From NCBI RefSeq assembly GCF_006345805.1, contig NC_043000.1, positions 67,952,001-68,016,000 of the forward strand: a DNA stretch of 64,000 nucleotides, read 5' to 3'. This document shows positions 12,880-25,689 of this stretch, in pieces. The stretch is from Octopus sinensis. Lineage: Eukaryota. The position numbers and the translations under genes were made by a program. Every line of letters starts with the position of its first letter. Position 1 is the first letter of the stretch. The notes below the pieces were generated by a model, which ran no database searches, had not been told where the DNA came from, and saw only the letters and a list, made by a program, of their open reading frames with translations.

Positions 12880-13196
12880 ACATTATTTACAATGGATGGA
12901 TAGGTGTCCTCATCTTGTTTGTTGTTACCATGTTTCAGCTGATGTACTCTCTAGCCTTCATCAGGGTTCTGCTGGAATTTGAACCAAACCCTTTATTTGA
13001 CTAGTGATTTCAAAAATAATATTGACAGAAAAATAACATCAGCAACTTACCTTTGGAATGAGAACAGTGTACCCCATTAGTCAAAGGGTTGGGTTTGAAA
13101 TTGCAGCAGAACACATGATGAAGGCTGGAGAGTACATCATCTGAAACGTGATAACAAACAGGATGAAGGCACCTTTCCCTCCATTGTAAATAATGT
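12880..13196. repeat. About 120-bp imperfect inverted repeat built from two head-to-head copies of the hammerhead-SINE tail
   Basis: Arms 12880-13006 and 13075-13196 are reverse complements at roughly 80% identity by eye; each carries a (C/A)TGATGA-stem II-GAAA core like 24721-24766. Confidence 0.85.
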
Positions 13197-14659
13197 ACAT
13201 AATTCCTCATCTCAAAAATATAGAATAATATTCTCTTACTTAGTATTTGTTTTTCTGTTAAATTCCATTGTTCCACATATTATTGTTCCCTTCACTCCAT
13301 CCCCAAGTTTCAGGAATAAGTCTGTAAAGGTGAAAGGGCTGTCACTGTGAACATGTCATCCTATATGAAATGGAAGTTCCAATAAATCCAGTACAATGCT
13401 ATATCATCTTTACTTCAGAACTTTTCTCTAGTATGAATGTAGCCATGATCTGGATTGGATCAGACTCGGGCTTTAATTTGTCTTTTTCTAGGTTTTAATT
13501 CAGTATACTGTTTAAATTCCAATTGGTTCCTGTACACAATCAAAGCTTTATCACTAGAAACTTCCATGCTTGTGTGTTGTAGCTATCTTTAAAATTATTT
13601 TGTAATATATCTCTGAAAGACTACATACGAATTTATCATGACTAGAATTGGTTTCCATGTGAGTACTTGAATGTATTGGTAACATGAAAATTTGTCTTTA
13701 AATGTTCAAACTGTTGTCAAAGCACTCTATCCAAGCTACATACATGTTACAATGTGTCTGTAATGAAATATCATATGCTGGTGTTGGATTTATTCTCATC
13801 ACAATTATTCATTCTTGAAAGACATTGATTTCTTCTTCAGCTGTATCATGCAGTTTTCTCTGAACGCATGTTTGTCTCTTCAAATATAATTTTGTATAAA
13901 TATGCATATATACTCAATCTATTTCTGTCTTCTTTCTAATTTTTGTGTGGGTCCTGGCATCAGTCTGGAAAACTCAAGCATATATCACTCACACATTTCT
14001 AGAAGTTTTTTAATCTAAATATTACTGATTGTGCAGTATTTGCTGGAAGGTGGGAGAAAATCACTCAATTTAGCTATTATACCCTGCAATTGCATGCCAA
14101 AAGTTTATAATAGCAATTATGTGTAGTTAAGAAGTTTGCTTTCCAACCACATTTTTCAAGTTTAATTTCACTGCTTACCACTTTGGACAGTTTTTTTTTT
14201 GTTTTTTTTTTTACCAAAGCTTTAGATTCACCCAGTTATAGTGAATGGAATTTTGTTGATGGTGCTGAAGCCTATTGTGTGGGTGGGAATACCTTTTTAT
14301 AAAACTGTTTGTGAAGGGAAATGCTCCATGTGTTTTGCTGAAGTTTCACAGTCCTTTTTTGCACTGCCATCACAATTGTAGTGAACCAATGATTGGCCCA
14401 CTGAATTAGGATAAATATAAATCATGCAGTTAATTGACTTTTAAATTAAGTCTTTATTTCAACTTCTGCTTTAGCTTTCTTTTTCTATATTCCAATTCAG
14501 TATTGGAATTTCACAATTGCAGTTCTTAACTTTTTCATGCTCAAGTTTGAAAATTGTCATTAATACACCACTGAATTTGTCCAATGTAAGATGGTGTTTT
14601 GTGTCTATAAAATATATCATCATGTAACATCCATTTTCCATCTGTCATGGGATGGACAT

Positions 14660-15034
14660 AGTAGCTTGCTAACCAACCACATGGTTCCGGGTTCAGTCCC
14701 ACTGCATGGCATCTTGGGCAAGTGTCTTCTGCTATAGCCCTGGGCCAACCAATGCCTTGTGAGTGGATTTGGTAGACGGAAACTGAAAGCCTGTCGTATA
14801 TATGTATATATATGTATGTGTGTCTGTGTTTGTCCCCCTAGCATTGCTTGACAACTGATGCTGGTGTGTTTACGTCCCCGTCACCTAGCGGTTCGGCAAA
14901 AGAGACCGATAGAATAAGTACTGGGCTTACAAAGAATAAGTCCCGGGGTCGAGTTGCTCGACTAAAGGCAGTGCTCCAGCATGGCCACAGTCGAATGACT
15001 GAAACAAGTAAAAGAGTAAAAAGAGTAAAAGAGT
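14660..15034 (+). mobile_element. SINE family A, young copy
   Basis: gtagcttgctaaccaaccacatggttccgggttcagtccc...gaaacaagtaaaagagtaaaaagag; near-identical to 30532-30930. Confidence 0.9.
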
Positions 15035-15289
15035 ATATGGAAGTTCCAATATGTAATTGTAGCTAAAGCAGTTAGGTAGTTGGATGAAATTTAGATATAT
15101 TGAATAAAATACCAGTCTGGAATGATAGACTGGTGGAAACAGAGTATCAGAAGAGATATCTATGGTATTTCTTTCAGCTTTTGCATTGTTGAGTCCAACT
15201 GTTTCCATGGATTACTTGTGTGTTAGACTACCGGTAGATGTAACAGGAATTCACTGAGAACTTGCCTATACATCAACTCATCATGGCAA

Positions 15290-15322
<33 letters not shown>

Positions 15323-15339
15323 TTAAATAAAACTGGAGA

Positions 15340-15530
15340 TTTTGGTGCAAGGCCTGTAGCTTAGGGGAGAGGAGGTTAGTGAATTACATCAACCCCAGTG
15401 TTCAATTGGTACTTGTTTTATCAATCCTGAAATGAAAGGTAGTCAACTTTGGCAGAATTTGAATTCAGAAGAAATACTGCTAGGCATTTTTGTCCAGTGC
15501 TCTAACAGTTCTGCCAGCTCATCATGTGTG
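15340..15530 (-). mobile_element. tRNA-derived SINE family C, decayed; similar minus-strand copies at about 17605-17752, 20245-20440 and 21560-21710
   Basis: Reverse complement of the 46729-46940 family (gttagcacg head, cctttcatcctttcggggtcgataaa centre). Confidence 0.7.
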
Positions 15531-18177
15531 TGCATGCAAGAAATACTGTATATACTCCAGTAATAGTCAATCCCCTATTTTTGGCCAAAAAATTGGGAAT
15601 TTTCCATAGCCCCTATATAAAAGTTGCCCCTAGTATTTCACAAACAACAAGACATTTGTGGGTCAAGGTACCATATTATCCTGTTCATAGAAATAAGACT
15701 GTTACAAAATTGTGTAGCTACCTTACTGTAGACTGCTCTATAGGTGGATAGTGAGCATTACACATCTGTTGATGGGTGCTACATCACCATTGCTAAAATG
15801 TATGCACAGGATATACTACAAGCCTGCATACATCTTCAAGCATCATACACTCGTTTACATGGTGAGAAATGTGTTTCACAGACAGTGCTGTTGATGAACA
15901 TTGGCAAATGCCACTGTCTGAATTTGTAAGGCAGTGCCCTAGCATGGCCACAATCTGATGGCTGAAACAAGTAAAAAATAGAAAAGGCATGACTTTAGTA
16001 AACCTAAAAACATTCAATTAATTGCTAGATCAGTGGTTCCCAAGTGACCTTTATATTTTCCTCGTCTCCAAGTACAATAAATACATGCATCTGTTTACAT
16101 AGTGAGAAACCTGTTTCACAGACAGCACTATCAGTGAACAACACTATGACTTCGGTGAGCCTAAACATTTAGTTAATTGCTAAATCAGTGGTTCCCAAGC
16201 TTTTTTTACCGTGCAATCCTTTGACATTTTTTAAAATGTGGAACTCTGGTCCAGATTAATAACTCTACACCATATTATGGGCATTTAGTGGTAACTGCAT
16301 ATGACGTCTTACAACTTTTTTTTTCCATTTCTGTGGGGGATGACATATACACAGAACATGACACACTATTTTCATTATAAGAATCGTGTGGTAAACATAT
16401 TCCACAAAATGGCAACTGATCATGAGTGTGAATATGATAGCATTAAGGCCGAAATGCATTAATGTTATGAGATATAAATTGATTTCACTCAGCTAGTCTG
16501 TTAAGTTTGATGGATACAAATAAAACAAAGTGTAAATATTTATAAGAGCTACGCGGTCTTGTTATTTACTAGGATGTGTGCTTTGATGCATAGAATTGGT
16601 ACATTACTGTAATTCACTTTGTTTTTGTTTTTATTCGCTTAGAGATAGATTGGGCTTCTGCTGCTGATACAGTACTTTGAATTCTAGTTTAAATTTCAGC
16701 CCCTCAAAAGTAGTATTCATGTAATAGTCATCCCCATAAATTTGACCTTAAAAAATGGTGTTAAAAATTTTTGATGCATTTTATGTACAGTGTTCTTGGA
16801 TACAAATTTTCAGTGAGCCAAGCACTTATATATTGCATTTCTGATGAGGTTAATAAGGGTGTACCTATGCAACTAAGGCAGGATACATATCACTTTGTAT
16901 TGCTTTTTGCATCCATTATGAACAGCTTTCAGCAAAAGATACACATATGCATTTACAAGACAGCTCACACAGCTTTCATGTAGCAAACTTTACTCACTAG
17001 GTATTGGCCAACTTGAGGATGTAGTAGATGACACTTGTCCAAGGTGCTGTGCTGTGGGTTTGAACATGTAATTATGGGGTCTGTGAAGCAAACTTTTTAA
17101 TTGTATGATCATGCTTGCACCAAATTAATTCTCATCATGCAGACCTATGAAAAAGTATTCCAGACATAACCATCTTCTCTTATCTATCTTGAACTACATT
17201 ATTCAATGTTTGTGATTTTAGAGAGACTTGACTTCCATTTCTAGCAGGTCTAGCAACTGTATTGAGATTCCTTCATTGGTTCATTTGATTTTCAATCTAC
17301 TAAGTTGGTTATTAGGTTGTGACAAGAATAATATATATAAATTCATTCAACATATGCTGGCAAATGAAGTTAATTATATTAAATGAAATGACAAAAATTG
17401 TTTATATTTAGAATTCAAATAAAGAAGCATTGAGGAATATGTAAATAAATCATTTCATCAATATCTCAAAATAAATGCATTTGTCATGGTTAGCCTAAAC
17501 TATTATAACTTTATTTACTTCAAGATATTCTGTTATATGATTTAATTTTATTTAAAAACGAGGTTGGGTTGTTGGAATTATAAGACATAAATTGGTTTAA
17601 AATTTTAGCACAAGGCCAGTAATTTTGGGGGATGGGCTGAGTCAATTACATCGACCCGAGTGCTCAATTGGTACATATTTTATCAACCTACCAAAGAATG
17701 AAAGCAAAGTTGAACTCAGAACAGTGTGCTAAGATTCTGCCAGCTCATCACCTTATTTATAATGCAAGATATCTCAGTGTATAAATTATATGACTGATTT
17801 TTGTAATTGAAGTTTAAAAAGTGCAACTTCTTTATGAGTAAATATAATATGTGTGCACAGTGACAAGTAGATGGAAACTATTTCACATTTTCCATTCACC
17901 TAATTTCTCTCACGATACATTATTCAACCTGAGGTTATGGTAGACGACATGCTCAGGAAGATTGAACCCAGAACCATGTGATTATGTAGCAAATTACTTA
18001 ACTATGCAGTCATGGCTACAAACACATCTCTAAATGATGTTGGTGATATATTATTTAATCCATTCATATTCTGCCTCTTTTATGTTCAAACTGTTGATAT
18101 CTGGTGTCTCACAATTACCCTACAATGGCATTGTCTGTTTTGTCATTGATTCTCTCCTCACTATTTGGGCAAGTATA

Positions 18178-18222
18178 GACATCACTGACGAGGTCTAATA
18201 GGACTGAAACATGTTTGGTCTT
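18178..18222 (+). ncRNA. Minimal type I hammerhead ribozyme motif (Penelope pLTR type)
   Basis: gacatca-CTGACGA-ggtct aata ggact-GAAA-catg-T-T-tggtctt; core intact, stem II pairs, palindromic ACATGT stem III, stem I pairs 6/7 with wobbles. Confidence 0.7.
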
Positions 18223-18764
18223 GTTTCCCATAATGGTTAAAATAATATATTACTTATTGAATTATTATTGCCTTTTCCTCACAGCAGAAGTATTTCTTTT
18301 TTAGGTTTTTTTACATTCATAATGTTAATACTAACCTGAACATCTCAGAATCTTTCATGCACCTTGAACATTAAATGTGGCTTTGATTAGTGATGTCTAA
18401 TCAATGGCAAATGTAGACTACCATTAGTGTGACCTATTCAGTATGTCAAAATGAATCTTAATCATTCTACTTCACTTGAATTTCCTCTGACCTCAGAGCT
18501 CATTTACTGTGCACCAGCCTGTGATTGGAATGATATTCAGTTCATTGGTGTGCATGTGTAATACATGGGTACATAATCTCTGCTTTAAATAGTGATATAA
18601 TCTAATATCACTGCTTAGATATTGAGTATTTCTGGAAGGTTTCTGTGTTTATCTCCGTATGAAAATGATAGATGGAAGGTTAAGCTCTCTGCGGAAAGAA
18701 ACTATAAAAAAAGAGCATTCTGCACATTTTCCCAACCACATAGTCCTAAACATTGTTTAATATC

Positions 18765-19080
18765 TGTTTTCCATGCTAGCATGGATTAGATGGTTTGACA
18801 AACTGGTAAGCCAGAGAGCTGCACCAGGCTTCTGTTGTCTGTTAGGGTTTGGTTTCTATGCCTCGATGCCCTCCCCAATGCCAAACACTCCACAGAGTAT
18901 ACTGGGTGCCTTCTACATATCACCAACATGAATGCCTTTTGCAAGTCACTGGCACAAGTAACTTTTACATCTCACTGGCACAGGTGCCTTTTACATATCA
19001 CTGGCACTGACAACAACCAAGATTTACTTAGCGTGATGTGTCACAGCAAATCACCAGAAGTCTCGGATGAATGGTTGGAG
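18765..19080 (-). mobile_element. RTE 3'-UTR-only copy, decayed
   Basis: Matches the reverse of 2330-2676 (tttccatgctagcatgg...). Confidence 0.7.
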
Positions 19081-21711
19081 TAAAAAGATTGTTGTCCATC
19101 TCAGTGATATGGATGCTTGTGGTATTCTGTCATTAGCAGTGTTCTAGCACTAGGAACTGGCCAATCTGCTAGTAACTTTTAGGTTCATTATAGACCATAA
19201 TTTTAATTTTTACCTACAACTACTATTTATTCTTACTAGCAGGACCCATAAATATTTTACAGAATTAATGGTAAACCTATTGGGTTATTTTTGAAAACTT
19301 TATCCAAAAAACCTGAAAGTGCAGCCTGTGTTGTGTCTGTATAGAAAGATAGTCACTCATCGAAAAGTGAAAGAAATTGGAATACAATGATTACTTTATA
19401 TACTTTATGCACAATTTTATAGACTTAATACACAGCAATCATAAAATAAATATTCACTCTTATTATTCCTATTAACAAAAAAAGAAATATCCTGTGCATA
19501 TGTCACACACTTTAGTTAAGTTGCATATATCTGCCATGTAAATAAGCATGAATTGCATTAAGGGAGAGGTGATATAAAAAAATTAGTTCAATTCAAAAAA
19601 ACTTTTTCACTATCCAATCACCACCACCACCACCACCACGATCATCATCTCTCTCTCTGCCTTTCTTTAACCTCTTCATTAGAACATCCCTCTACTAAAA
19701 TTATTACATTACCTCTACCTCACATCATGGATGCTTCTCTCTCCTTTTTCTTTCCCCTTTCCTTCCCATCAACTAAGCAAGATGATGCTTTTCTTTCTCC
19801 CTCTTTTTCTCTAATCACATGAAAGCATTACCGATAGGCTAAGCAACGCAACAACAAGCTGAACTATTTTAAGACAAACAGATATTTTGACCTCCTAACT
19901 TGCTATTCTTTACTGGGTTCATCTTCAAACTTAATACTGGAGGCTATATATTTTCTTATATCCTTACTGCATACAAGTATCGAAAACAAATCTTTGAACT
20001 GAAAATACTGCCAAAGCCTTCTCAACTTTGAAATAATTTTACATGTCATCTAGAAATGCTCAGTTCACTATAACTTAGCTGCCATAGTGGCAGAATCTTT
20101 TCTTTTTCTCATACAAAGTTATCAACTTTTCTATAAGAAAAGATAGCCCTTTCAAACAATCTCAAAAAAATAATGGTCTTAAAATCTTGGAAAAGTTCAC
20201 TCCCATCATCATTTTACATAAGTTAGAAATAATCTTTTCAACTCTAGGCACAAGGCCCTAAATTTTGGGGGATGGGGACCAGTCAATTAGATTGACCCTA
20301 GTATGCAACTGGTATTTAATTTATCGACCCCAAAAGGATGAAAGGCAAAGTTGACCTTGGTGGAATTTGAACTCAGAATGTAAACACAGACAAAATACCG
20401 CTAAGCATTTCGCCTGGCCTGCTAACATTTCTGCCAGCTCACAGCAGTTAAAAATAATGCAGAAATTGTGAACCTGCTAAAGAGCTTCTATCTGATTGTT
20501 GCATCTTCCAGAAATAGACGCTGCAGTTCTTAAAAAGGGAGAATATATTGATATATTGGATACCTGAATATACAAGAAGTTGAGATGTTCATGGCTTCAT
20601 TAAGGTTGCCCTGAGGGCTAAACTGTTAGTAAGGCAGAAACAATTAGTAAGTCACTGCAATTTATTTTTGGACATAGCAAAGCTGAGTTTTAAAGGAAGC
20701 TGCAACTTTTTGAATATGAAAGATATTTCTGAATGAGATGGTGTATAAATATCAATGTGATAATTACTACCAAATATACATAGTTATATATATATACTTA
20801 CCAACCACATAGTTTCTGGTTCAGTTCTACTGTGTAGAACCTTGGGCAAGCGTCTTCTACTATAGCTCAGGGACAACCAAAATCTTGTAAGTGGATTTGG
20901 TACATACATATATGTATGTTTGTCTCCTTGTCTTGACCCAGTGTGATAGTTGTAAATGAGTGTTACTGTCATTCAAGCAGTATAATTTATTTCCAATATT
21001 CTGCCAAAACATGTCTGGCCATAGGAAAATATCTTACTTAGAAACAAGTGAGGGTTGGTGATAGTAAGGGCATCCAGCTGTAGAAAATCTGCCTAACCCA
21101 TGCAAGCAGAGAAAAGTAGAAATTAAAATGATAATGATGATGATTTTATATATATAATAACTTTCAATGAGATGAATAGATTAAGAATACATACGCAATC
21201 TAAAATAACATATTAAATCAGATTTCATAGCCAGACATAAAACAACGGGATACCACAAAAGAAATTGGATACTATGATAGAAATAAAAGAAAAATAATAA
21301 TATAGACGAGATAATGTGATGGCACCCATACATACATACTTATTGGCCATTATCTGTCACAATAAATTAAATCCAGTGCAGTTAACAGAACAATTAAAAA
21401 AAGCATAAAAGTCTCACACACATGCACAGACACTCACCACCATCACAGCACACACACCATAAGTACATGAAAGCGAATACACATACATACGTTGACTTAT
21501 CACCACTGCCACCACATTCATCACAATATCTAATATATAAATAACTTTGAGAAGAGGATTTTAGATTACATCAACCCTGGTACTTTTACCAATCTCAGAA
21601 GGATGAAAGGCAAAAATGACCCTGGTGGGATTTGAACTGAGAAACTACAGAATCAGAATAAATCCCTTAATGTATTTTACTTGACATGTTTACAATTCTG
21701 CCATTCTACAA

Positions 21712-21990
21712 CCCCACGTGTGTTAGGGTAGTTGATTCACGATTGTAAGGTTGTGAGTTCAATTCCTGGTCATGCATTGTGTCCTTGAGCAAAACACTTT
21801 ATTTCACATTGCTCCAGTCCACTCAACTGGCAAAAGTGAGTACTGTAATTCAAAAGACCAACCTTGTCACAATTTATGTCACATTGAATCTCCTTGAGGT
21901 ACGCTTGTCTGTGGAGTGCTCAGCCACTTGCGTGTTAATTTCACGAGCAGGTTGTGTTGATTGGATCAACTGGAAAAAACCGTTATTGTA
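21712..21990 (+). mobile_element. tRNA-derived SINE family B (CORE-like centre); second copy at 22262-22558
   Basis: B-box gagttcaattcc, then gtgtccttgagcaaaacactttatttcac, then tail ggatcaactggaa. Confidence 0.85.
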
Positions 21991-21991
21991 A

Positions 21992-22212
21992 CATCATCAT
22001 CATCATCATCATCATCATCGTTTAACGTCCGTTTTCCATGCTAGCATGGGTTGGACGATTTTGACTGAGGGCTGGCGAGCCAGATGGCTGCACCAGGCTC
22101 CAATCTTGATCTGGCAGAGTTTCTACAGCTGGATGCCCTTCCTAACGCCAACCACACCGAGAGTGTAGTGGGTGCTTTTTACGTGCCACCGGCACAGGGG
22201 CCAGTCAGGCGA
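21992..22212 (-). mobile_element. RTE 3'-end copy with (CAT)n tail, inserted at the end of SINE B
   Basis: catcatcatcatcatcgtttaacgtccgttttccatgctagcatggg is the reverse of the RTE tail. Confidence 0.88.
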
Positions 22213-22560
22213 TAACCAATGAAGAAAAAGAAGAGGACAACATAAATACATGTGTGTGTGTGTGAATGCCCGCAGCTTGATGGTTAGGGTATTTGGCTCA
22301 TGACTGCAAGGTTGTGAGTTCAATTCTCATTGACATGTTGTGTCCTTGAGCAAGACAACTTATTATACGTTGCTTCAGTCTACTCAGGTGGAATGAGTTG
22401 TACTTGTATTTCAAAAGGGTCAACATTCTGTGTCACACTGAATCTCAGAGAACTATGTTAAAGGTACGTGTGTCAGCCACTTGCACATTAATTTTATGAG
22501 TAGGGTGTGTTTTTGATTGGATCAACTGGAACTCTCATCATAACCGACGGAGTGCCTTAA

Positions 22561-22601
<41 letters not shown>

Positions 22602-23019
22602 AACATTTTATATATATATATGGTCCAGGTCATGTCTAATTTAATAGCACCACATGATAGTATCTATTAAATTGATTTTAAATCAAGTTTTGTGGTATCA
22701 TAGCCCATTCAAATAGCAAGCTGTGGTTGACTGAGATGTATCCAGGTAAAAGTGGCTTATTTAATATCCCTTGAAGAAATTTGTCCAGGTTTAATTTGAA
22801 GGTGATGAGATCTTTTTCTTTGATTTGTTTTGGGATGAAATGTTAGAAAAAAGACTGAAGTCTATTCTTGTATCTAATTTACACAGAAAAAGAATGGTAA
22901 AACAGGCTAAACTGAATGGAAATAAGTAACTTTTTAATCTCATTAGTTGTGAGTTTTTCTCCTAAAAAAGCAAAATTAACTAAGACCACGTGATTTAAGA
23001 ATATAAATATAAATTAATA

Positions 23020-23395
23020 GAAATACACTGGCTTCCCAACCACATGGTTTCAGGTTCAGTCTCACTGCATGGTACCTTGGGCAAGAGTCTTTTACTATAG
23101 CCATGGACTGACCAAAACTTTGTTGTGAATATGAGATGGAAGATTTAAGAAGCCCGTTGCACATGTGTATGTATATATATGTGTGTGTCTTAGTGTTTGT
23201 CCTCCAGCACCTTTTGACAACTGGTGTAGGTTTGTTTACATCCTCATGAAATAATGATTCAGCAAAAGAGACTGACTTAGTAAGTTCCAGGTTTAAAAAT
23301 CTAAGTACAGGAGCCAACTTGTTCAGTTAAACACTTGAAAGCAGTGTGCCAGCATGGCTGCAGTCCAATAACTGAAACAAGTAAAAGGTAAAAGG
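23020..23395 (+). mobile_element. SINE family A, decayed copy
   Basis: cttcccaaccacatggtttcaggttcagtc...gaaacaagtaaaagg. Confidence 0.8.
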
Positions 23396-24074
23396 CATGA
23401 TATGTATATCAGACGTTTTACTCATTCTGATATCAATGTCATTTCAAGTATTCAGTACAATCATACATATTAACAGTTTAAATCAATCGTTCTCAACCGG
23501 GATCCATTTAAGGTTTTTGGAGGTCCACACAACAAAATAGTAAACTGGGGATCCACAACAGCAGTTTAAGGACCCCTGAAAAAATTTTGTTATAGACGGA
23601 TGTATTGCAAGAAACAGCTAGGTTTCTTTCTCTAACACTTTACATGGTTCATCCTTCATCCTGGATGCTGTAGTAAATGGGAAGGTCACTGCTCCCATAG
23701 CTGAATGGAATGAAATCCTTAAGTATTGGGACCTGTTAGTGAACTATTTCTTCTGTGGCATTTGAGAAGTTTGGAGGAGTTAGGCTGCTAATGGTGAAGT
23801 TCTTGTCATTGGTGGCTCGCCTTAACAAGGTACCAGGTGATGCCTGTGAAGGTGCTTAGCTGTTCCAATGCCTTATAGCTGCCATTGCCTGTGGTAATGC
23901 TGCGAGCATGTTGGCTTGCTTTAATAGGTTCCATTGAACCATGTGGTGTGTGACCAATTGAGATACTTGGTGTTGAATTGATGTTTATTTATTTATTTTT
24001 TCCTTCTTTGTTTCTCTTTTCCTATTTTTTCTCCCGGTTTTGGGTTTGTATTTTTTAATGTGTTTTGTATTATA

Positions 24075-24345
24075 TAGGGTGGGACAGAGAGGACGGACGT
24101 TTTTGAAAACATCACAAAATCTTTAAGTTTAGCTGCAAACAAATTCTATTGACATCAGTGTATTCGTATTGAATTAGCATTTGTCAAAATCAAGTGTGGC
24201 AAACAACATCCATCATGTGATATCCGTTTTCATTGATGCATTTCTGAAGGTGTTCTCGGAAGTTGGTCTCCACTCTCTAGCATTGCTCTGTGCGCAGTCC
24301 ACTAGCGTTGCTTGGGGTGAGAGGTAAAGGTTGTCCACCCCAAGT
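24075..24345 (-). mobile_element. Tc1/mariner 3' end fragment with TIR
   Basis: Minus frame RVETNFREHLQKCINENGYHMMDVVCHT* resembles the Tc1/mariner C-terminus; TA followed by (c>t)agggtgggac terminus at 24073-24090. Confidence 0.65.
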
Positions 24346-24589
24346 GGCACTTTTCATCCTGTTGTAGGCTGGCTATAAGCCAGAATAGACTGTATTGAAA
24401 TAGTGCGGTATGCAATAATTCCCGATATTATTAAAAACAAAAAAACTACTGGAAATGCACGATAATTTGAAAATCTACTTCTGTATGGGAAAATAATAAT
24501 AAAAATGTATATTGATCTTTCTCTCATTGAAATCAGTGGGTCATGACTCGTGAGAAACTTGATGGTTGGAGACCACAAAACGTTATGCA

Positions 24590-24792
24590 GTGTATATGGC
24601 GTAGTGGTTAAGAGTGCGGGCTACTAACCCCAAGATTCCGAGTTTGAATACATTCAGTGACCTAACAACAACATCGAAAAATACCTTAGGAATGAGAACC
24701 CAGGTTCGAAATTTACTCAAGACACCTGATGAAGGCTGGAGGGTACATCAGCTGAAACGTTTTGTTAACAACATCCGTCAAATGTAAATAAC
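24590..24792 (+). mobile_element. tRNA-headed SINE whose 3' part is a hammerhead ribozyme motif
   Basis: A box TGGCGTAGTGG (24597-24607), anticodon-like gggctactaacccc, degenerate B box gagtttgaatac (24640-24651); hammerhead gacac-CTGATGA-a-ggctg gagggtacat cagct-GAAA-cgtt-ttgtt at 24721-24766. Confidence 0.8.
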
Positions 24793-25077
24793 GTACGTCT
24801 ATGGTATTTTTACCACAAATGCATAATAAAGAAATTTTTTCTATATTCTTTAGAAATACTAACTATTTACATCATGACTTCTGACTTGGTGGTGACTATT
24901 TCTTTTTTTCTTGCTTCGAGTCACCGATCGAATTAAGAATTTTAACCAAACCGAACCTAACCTAAAATAATATAAATATAGGCAGAGGTAAAGGACATGA
25001 ACCGCACCTGCTTTTGGTTTTAGATGATGGTGTTCTCAGGTTGTGGAGCCATCTAATGATGACTCCGTTCAAAAGGC

Positions 25078-25400
25078 TGTAATATCATTTGATAAAGGAA
25101 CACGATATAATGAATTCATGGAACGAGGCTGTAACTTTAAATACCTTTATTCGAGGTCTCAAACATAAACAACTGAACAATAAAGGAAAGAGTTTGATGA
25201 ATGGAGGTCATGTTCATCTTCTGTGTATTACCTCATGTCTGCTAGCTGGCGTGTGTCGTACGAGAGCCTACTAGGTCATGTCTTCACAGTCTGGTGTCTC
25301 GTCGCGAAAGAGGTAGTCCCAAGGCTTTGTATCACCACCTAACCGTTCTTGTGCCATCTAATTGCGAGCTTGTTTAAACAGCTGCTGTCAAGGGAGGTAA
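25078..25400 (-). mobile_element. 3' LTR of the Gypsy element; inner boundary approximate
   Basis: Downstream of the integrase stop on the minus strand; contains AATAAA and ends ...gatattACA at 25078. Confidence 0.55.
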
Positions 25401-25689
25401 CTGCGCCTTCAGCCACATAGGCGAAGTATGTGTGCGATAGGAGGGCACAGAAGAATAAAACATGGCAAAGCAGTTGTATAAACAATATGTGTGATATCCG
25501 AACTATGGCAGTACAATTGAAAACTTACAATGAAAGTATGTACAAGGGAAAGACGTTCAGCAAAGAAAGGTATCCAATCAAATTGAACAAAGTATATATG
25601 TACAATGATACAGAAAGAGAGGAAACATGAATGCGGTGTTTATACAAGCATGAGTCTATTTTCTGGAACAATCACTGGCGAGGCCAAGT

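Noticed and set aside
24590-24655. Functional tRNA genes at SINE heads (also at 21712, 33113, 38755 and 46729)
   Set aside because: There is no complete cloverleaf or acceptor stem, and each continues into repeat bodies.
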